Shown: positions 38,041 to 41,458 of the stretch, piece after piece
How positions within the stretch are numbered: position 1 is the stretch's first letter
Layout: each line of letters starts with the position of its first letter
NCBI GenBank assembly: GCA_035354435.1
Contig: DAOQAY010000001.1
Coordinates: forward strand, 1 to 41,458
Direction of reading: 5' to 3'
Source of the DNA: a bacterium
Lineage (GTDB): Bacteria; UBP6; UBA1177
DNA: 41,458 nt
The notes under the pieces: generated by a model
Database searches by the model: none
What the model saw: only the letters and a program-made list of their open reading frames with translations
What the model was told of the DNA's origin: nothing
Made by a program: the position numbers and the translations under genes

Positions 38041-38522
38041 TCGCTCTTTCCTGCCATTTCTTTTCTGGCTTTGTTCATAAAGTCAAAAACCATATCAAAA
38101 TCACCGTCGTCGACAGATTCTGCCTGATCAAGAAGCTCTTTGGACCAGATCTGGACAGTTTCAATACTTCCCATAAGCACAACATCTTTATTAATCAAAG
38201 CATAGTCAACGAGGTTTTTTGAAAGTCTCAGTCTGTTCTGGTTATCGAGCTCTACAGTTTCAGCTGCACCTATATACCATTTTATTATCTTGTTCCTGAG
38301 CTTTCCTTCCGGGAAGCTGTGAATCAGTTTCATCCTTTCTTCCCACTTCTCTATCGAAAAGATCTCAAGGTATTTTTCTTCTGAGGAAAGCCCTCTGGTC
38401 ACAACAATCTTACCACTTGAACCAAGCCCGAGAGGTGCATACCAGATAGAAGGGAAAGGTATCCGCCCTTTAGGGTCAAGTCTGTAATCTTTTCTCCCAT
38501 GAAACAGTGTGTCTTTTGACAT
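38037..38522 (-). CDS. mraZ: Transcriptional regulator MraZ
   Basis: Two SpoVT/AbrB-like halves carry LDPKGRIPFP and LDNQNRLRLS. First gene of the dcw array. Confidence 0.9.
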   Translation of the reverse strand: MSKDTLFHGRKDYRLDPKGRIPFPSIWYAPLGLGSSGKIVVTRGLSSEEKYLEIFSIEKWEERMKLIHSFPEGKLRNKIIKWYIGAAETVELDNQNRLRLSKNLVDYALINKDVVLMGSIETVQIWSKELLDQAESVDDGDFDMVFDFMNKARKEMAGKSE

Positions 38523-38527
38523 TTGTC

Positions 38528-38563
38528 ACCACTTAAAAACCATTTGATACCACCTTTTACCAC
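38528..38563 (-). promoter_or_regulatory. Putative MraZ operator: four phased (G/A)TGGT direct repeats
   Basis: The minus strand reads GTGGT-aaaag-GTGGT-atcaa-ATGGT-ttttaa-GTGGT-gacaaATG. On the plus strand these are ACCAC 38559, ACCAC 38549, ACCAT 38539 and ACCAC 38528, a spacing of 10/10/11 bp. The last copy may double as the Shine-Dalgarno sequence (GGTGA). Confidence 0.5.
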
Positions 38564-38633
38564 GATAAATAATAATAATCAACTTTTTTCCTGATCTTTT
38601 TTCTTGATTGGAACTGCCTGTTTCATTAAAAAA

Positions 38634-38661
38634 TTGATTTAAAGCATTACAATGCTAAAAT
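38634..38661 (+). promoter_or_regulatory. Candidate sigma70-type promoter for the plus-strand signalling gene
   Basis: TTGATT (38634..38639), a 16-nt spacer, then TGcTAAAAT (extended -10; TAAAAT at 38656..38661). GGAG (38691..38694) sits 5 nt upstream of the ATG at 38700. This is pattern match only. Confidence 0.35.
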
Positions 38662-38699
38662 GATTCAACATTGTGATTTCTTCATGAAACGGAGTTGGA

Positions 38700-40370
38700 A
38701 TGGGCATTAAAGTCGGTCAGTATTTTGTTGAGCTGGGTCTTATAACAGAGAAAAATGTTGAGGAAGCTCTCGAATATCAGAAAAAACATCCGAATCTTCT
38801 AGGTGAGATACTCCTTCAAATGGAGCTGATTAAAGAAATTGAACTTCTCCATTACCTTTCAAAAAGATTCAATGTTCAGTATGTTTCAGCTGAAAAAATG
38901 GAAAAGATGCCAATGCAGCGACCGGCAGATATAATTCCTGAAAAAATGGCTGAGGAAAAGAACATTTTTCCCTTAAAATACTCATTCAACAATTTCAGAC
39001 TTACTATACTTACTTCGAAACCTCAGGATCTCGGTCTTTTCGACGAACTAAAAGTCCTTCTTTCAGGAGTAAACAGCGTTGTTCCTGTAGCTGCGACATC
39101 AAAAGCCTTAAAGGCACTTATCTATAAACAGTATCGAGGGGACATCTCTTCTTTTGACAGACTTATTAAAAAAGGATTTGATTTGAATATCATGACTCCA
39201 GGGAATGAATCCATTCTCGGCTTTGATTCAAGAGAAACGATCAGTTCTTCTGTGAAAAATATGATGTCAAGTGAAAACGATAATGAAAAAAACGATAATG
39301 GAAAAAGTTTTTCGATGATCCTCAATCATGGTGAAATAATAAACACTGGTGAAAAATCATCAGTTACAGCTTCCATGATAAGTATGATGCCTGGACTTGC
39401 AAATGAAAAACACAGCCAGCTGATAGAAATTATACGGGTTTTTTCCAATCTTCTTGATTCTTCAAGAGATGATTCATATTTCGGGCATACACAGAGAGTT
39501 TCTGTTTTGACACAGGAACTTGGGGAGGAGCTGAATCTCTCAGAAGTAGAACTTTATGATCTTCTGATAGCATCACTTCTTCATGATGTCGGTAAAAAGT
39601 ATCATCTGACAGCACTTGACATCCTTCAAAGATCGAATTCTGAAAGATTCGCAAAATATTCTCAACTTTCTGCAAAGCTTTTTGGAAATATTGAGCTTTC
39701 AAAACTTACACTCATGTATCTTTCAAATATGTACGAAACATATAACGGAAGAGGTTTTCCTAACGCTTTGCAACTTGATGAAGTACCAATGGGTTCTCTT
39801 ATTCTTCTTCTTTCAGACACATATGATTATATAACCAGAATTTCAAATATTCAGGCCGCTTCTGCATATAAACAACTAAAGGAATCGATGTTCTTCCCTG
39901 AAAAACTTATGACAGCATTAAAAAAAGTTCAGCAGATAGAAACAAGATCTGTCTCTACCTCAGAAAATCAATACGAAGCTCTTATAATCAGCCGGAAAAG
40001 ATTTGATATAGATGATGTTGCGGACAAACTTAACAGATTGAATGTAAAAACATATAAAGCTGAAATGATAGAAAAAGCCGCTCAGATAATAAAAGACAAA
40101 AAGACTATGCTCGACTTCATCTTATGCGATATCGACATGCCTGACAGCGACATTTCACCGATAAGACTGCTGGCTGCATTGAAACATAAAAAAGATCTTT
40201 CAGAAATCCCTTTCTTCTTTTTCTCCCAGTTCTCAATAGACAAAAACACGATGACTTCTGCAAGAGCACTTAAGGCAAATGGTATATTCCCGAATTACCA
40301 TCCGATAGAAATGACAAGAAAAATCATCGAAGAAATAAAAAGATTAAAAAACGACGACCGCACATCCTGA
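38700..40370 (+). CDS. Multidomain signalling protein: MshEN-like/T2SSE-N module, then a degenerate HD-GYP domain, then a pseudo-receiver domain
   Basis: Residues 4-56 hold two 24-residue MshEN-type motifs separated by a 5-residue spacer. Residues about 60-145 resemble a GspE/PilB N-terminal domain. The HD domain contains HTQRV...LLHDVGK, but MYETYNGRGFP replaces HHExxDGxGYP. The C-terminal LDFILCDIDMPDSD receiver-like fold lacks the DD pair and the conserved Lys. Confidence 0.75.
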   Translation: MGIKVGQYFVELGLITEKNVEEALEYQKKHPNLLGEILLQMELIKEIELLHYLSKRFNVQYVSAEKMEKMPMQRPADIIPEKMAEEKNIFPLKYSFNNFRLTILTSKPQDLGLFDELKVLLSGVNSVVPVAATSKALKALIYKQYRGDISSFDRLIKKGFDLNIMTPGNESILGFDSRETISSSVKNMMSSENDNEKNDNGKSFSMILNHGEIINTGEKSSVTASMISMMPGLANEKHSQLIEIIRVFSNLLDSSRDDSYFGHTQRVSVLTQELGEELNLSEVELYDLLIASLLHDVGKKYHLTALDILQRSNSERFAKYSQLSAKLFGNIELSKLTLMYLSNMYETYNGRGFPNALQLDEVPMGSLILLLSDTYDYITRISNIQAASAYKQLKESMFFPEKLMTALKKVQQIETRSVSTSENQYEALIISRKRFDIDDVADKLNRLNVKTYKAEMIEKAAQIIKDKKTMLDFILCDIDMPDSDISPIRLLAALKHKKDLSEIPFFFFSQFSIDKNTMTSARALKANGIFPNYHPIEMTRKIIEEIKRLKNDDRTS

Positions 40371-41458
40371 CGAATTTTCACTTCCGTCATTCTTTTCATC
40401 AACTGTGCAAATTCCGTAATAACAATATCCTTTCGAACCTTTTGAAGATACACAACTATTCCAGTTTTGTGAATTATCGGTAAGATATGTAAATTCGTCA
40501 CTTCCGTCATCACAAACTGTTTTCGAACATGGTTTTTCCACAGGAAGTTCCACCTGAGTTCCTGTGCACACGCCTTTCAAACATGTTTCGGTCTCTGTGC
40601 AGAAAAGTCCGTCATCACATTTTGAACCTTCGTTAATTATCTTCAGTTCGCATATTCCTGTATCACTATTGCATTCGCCTTTTGAACATGGTGAATCAAG
40701 GTCTGAACAGCTTTTTTCTTCTGAATTTACACATTCTCCGCTATTGCACTGTTTTCCTGCGAAACAAAGGTTTCCAGTTTCACCACAATAGAAACCATCA
40801 GGACGGTTCTGCAAAACACACGCCTTCTGAACTTCATCACACACAGAAGTTTTACAGACCGTATCACCGCCTCCGCAGGGCAGAGCTTCAATATTCTTTT
40901 TACAGTACCCTGATTCACATAACTCGACTCCGTTACAAAAAAGTCCGTCATCACACTGCTCATTGGTTTCACATTCTATCATATTTAAATTTAATGAAGG
41001 ATCACCAAGATAGTTCAATTCCATTTTTACAGTAAGCAAAACAGAATAGCTCGACCACTGCTCTTTTGTCTCCTGAAGGATTTGAGCAGGAAATTTGTTG
41101 TTTACCAAGGCATCAATGAAAACCGCTCCGTATGAAAAAATATCCTGAGAAGAAAGATCATAACCCGAATATATTGAACCATAAGAAACCTGAGTTGCAC
41201 CCACAACACCGACAGCTGAATTTAAAAGTATCGAAAATGCCAGATTTCTACTTGTTTCAACTGCGGCATTCAGACAGCTTCCCTGAAATACGAATGGAGA
41301 TAAATCGTCCATTTTTGAAGTCATTTCCGAATCAACAAAAGTGGAACCATCCATTTCGTAACTGTCTGGATAACCGCTACCATCTTTGTCTCCTTTCCAT
41401 ATTGTTCTGACAGAATATGTTGGCATTCCGTGTCCCATCCAGTATACAGCGCCGTAAC
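40344..41458 (-). CDS. Secreted-type protein (5' end outside the window): clan-CD (gingipain/caspase-like) cysteine-peptidase-like domain followed by cysteine-rich repeats
   Basis: The reading frame is open to the window end (..YGAVYWMGHGMPTY). GHG, followed 52 residues later by LSPFVFQGSCLNA, resembles the His / beta-strand-Cys dyad of C25/C14-type peptidases. The C-terminal 210 aa are rich in Cys, with CDDGLFC(N/T) units. Confidence 0.55.
   Translation of the reverse strand, partial: YGAVYWMGHGMPTYSVRTIWKGDKDGSGYPDSYEMDGSTFVDSEMTSKMDDLSPFVFQGSCLNAAVETSRNLAFSILLNSAVGVVGATQVSYGSIYSGYDLSSQDIFSYGAVFIDALVNNKFPAQILQETKEQWSSYSVLLTVKMELNYLGDPSLNLNMIECETNEQCDDGLFCNGVELCESGYCKKNIEALPCGGGDTVCKTSVCDEVQKACVLQNRPDGFYCGETGNLCFAGKQCNSGECVNSEEKSCSDLDSPCSKGECNSDTGICELKIINEGSKCDDGLFCTETETCLKGVCTGTQVELPVEKPCSKTVCDDGSDEFTYLTDNSQNWNSCVSSKGSKGYCYYGICTVDEKNDGSENSSGCAVVVF
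40347..40976 (-). repeat. Coding cysteine-rich repeat region, including a 17-nt exact DNA repeat
   Basis: Protein-level units are QCDDGLFCNGVELCESGYC and KCDDGLFCTETETCLKGVC, plus further CxxxxC modules. The plus-strand sequence aaaagtccgtcatcaca occurs at both 40603..40619 and 40939..40955. Confidence 0.6.

Noticed and set aside
38564-38633. A sigma70 promoter for mraZ upstream of the GTGGT repeats. The minus strand has TTGATT followed 17 nt later by TAAAAG.
   Set aside because: The -10 candidate lacks the conserved final T and overlaps the first repeat, so it is not convincing enough to annotate. The true start site needs experimental mapping.
38644-38655. GCATT-ac-AATGC inverted repeat in the spacer of the candidate plus-strand promoter, as a possible operator.
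   Set aside because: The 5-bp arms are too short to be statistically meaningful in AT-rich DNA. It is noted only as a place to look if footprinting is done.
40344-40373. C-terminal ..SSGCAVVVF as a Cys-containing sorting signal (MYXO-CTERM-like or similar).
   Set aside because: Only five hydrophobic residues follow the Cys, which is too short for a membrane-spanning sorting helix, and there is no basic tail. It is more likely incidental sequence in the convergent overlap.
1-41458. Search for CRISPR arrays, tRNA/rRNA genes, IS elements, integrases, phage or defence genes.
   Set aside because: I found no spaced direct-repeat arrays, no cloverleaf-like or rRNA-like non-coding stretches (non-coding DNA totals only a few hundred bp), no transposase, recombinase or nuclease-type ORFs, and no terminal inverted repeats.

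Overview
AT-rich, very densely coded bacterial chromosome segment with no rRNA, tRNA, CRISPR or mobile-element signatures that I can see. Its core is a 35.7-kb run of 30 co-directional minus-strand genes (2813..38522). No intergenic gap there exceeds 77 nt, and many stop/start codons overlap. The run has three parts. (1) A dcw division/cell-wall cluster: mraZ-rsmH-ftsL-ftsI-murE-murF-murD-ftsW-murG-murC-murB-ddl-ftsQ-ftsA-ftsZ. It lacks mraY (murF and murD overlap by 1 nt), and its MurG has degenerate glycine loops. (2) Joined directly to ftsZ is a four-gene redox cassette: a radical-SAM enzyme, then etfA, a GlcD-type FAD dehydrogenase and etfB. EtfB carries the bifurcating-type DGDTAQV signature. 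(3) A Wzx/Wzy-type surface-glycan locus follows: DegT aminotransferase, four glycosyltransferases, a PCP/Wzz-like protein with a degenerate kinase-like tail, flippase, AsnB-like amidotransferase, polymerase, WecB and a GNAT-like protein. No priming phosphoglycosyltransferase is present. On the right flank, a 177-bp divergent control region carries phased GTGGT repeats (a putative MraZ operator). It is followed by a plus-strand gene for an MshEN-like c-di-GMP receptor module fused to a degenerate HD-GYP domain and a pseudo-receiver. The 3' end of that gene overlaps, convergently, a gingipain-like protein with cysteine-rich repeats. On the left flank are a Reg_prop-type sensor (partial), an EamA transporter and a flavodoxin-like protein. 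The best candidates for undescribed biology are the rSAM-Etf-dehydrogenase cassette wedged between ftsZ and the glycan genes, and the c-di-GMP-type signalling protein divergent from mraZ. All functional calls come from reading motifs in the translations; no searches were run.
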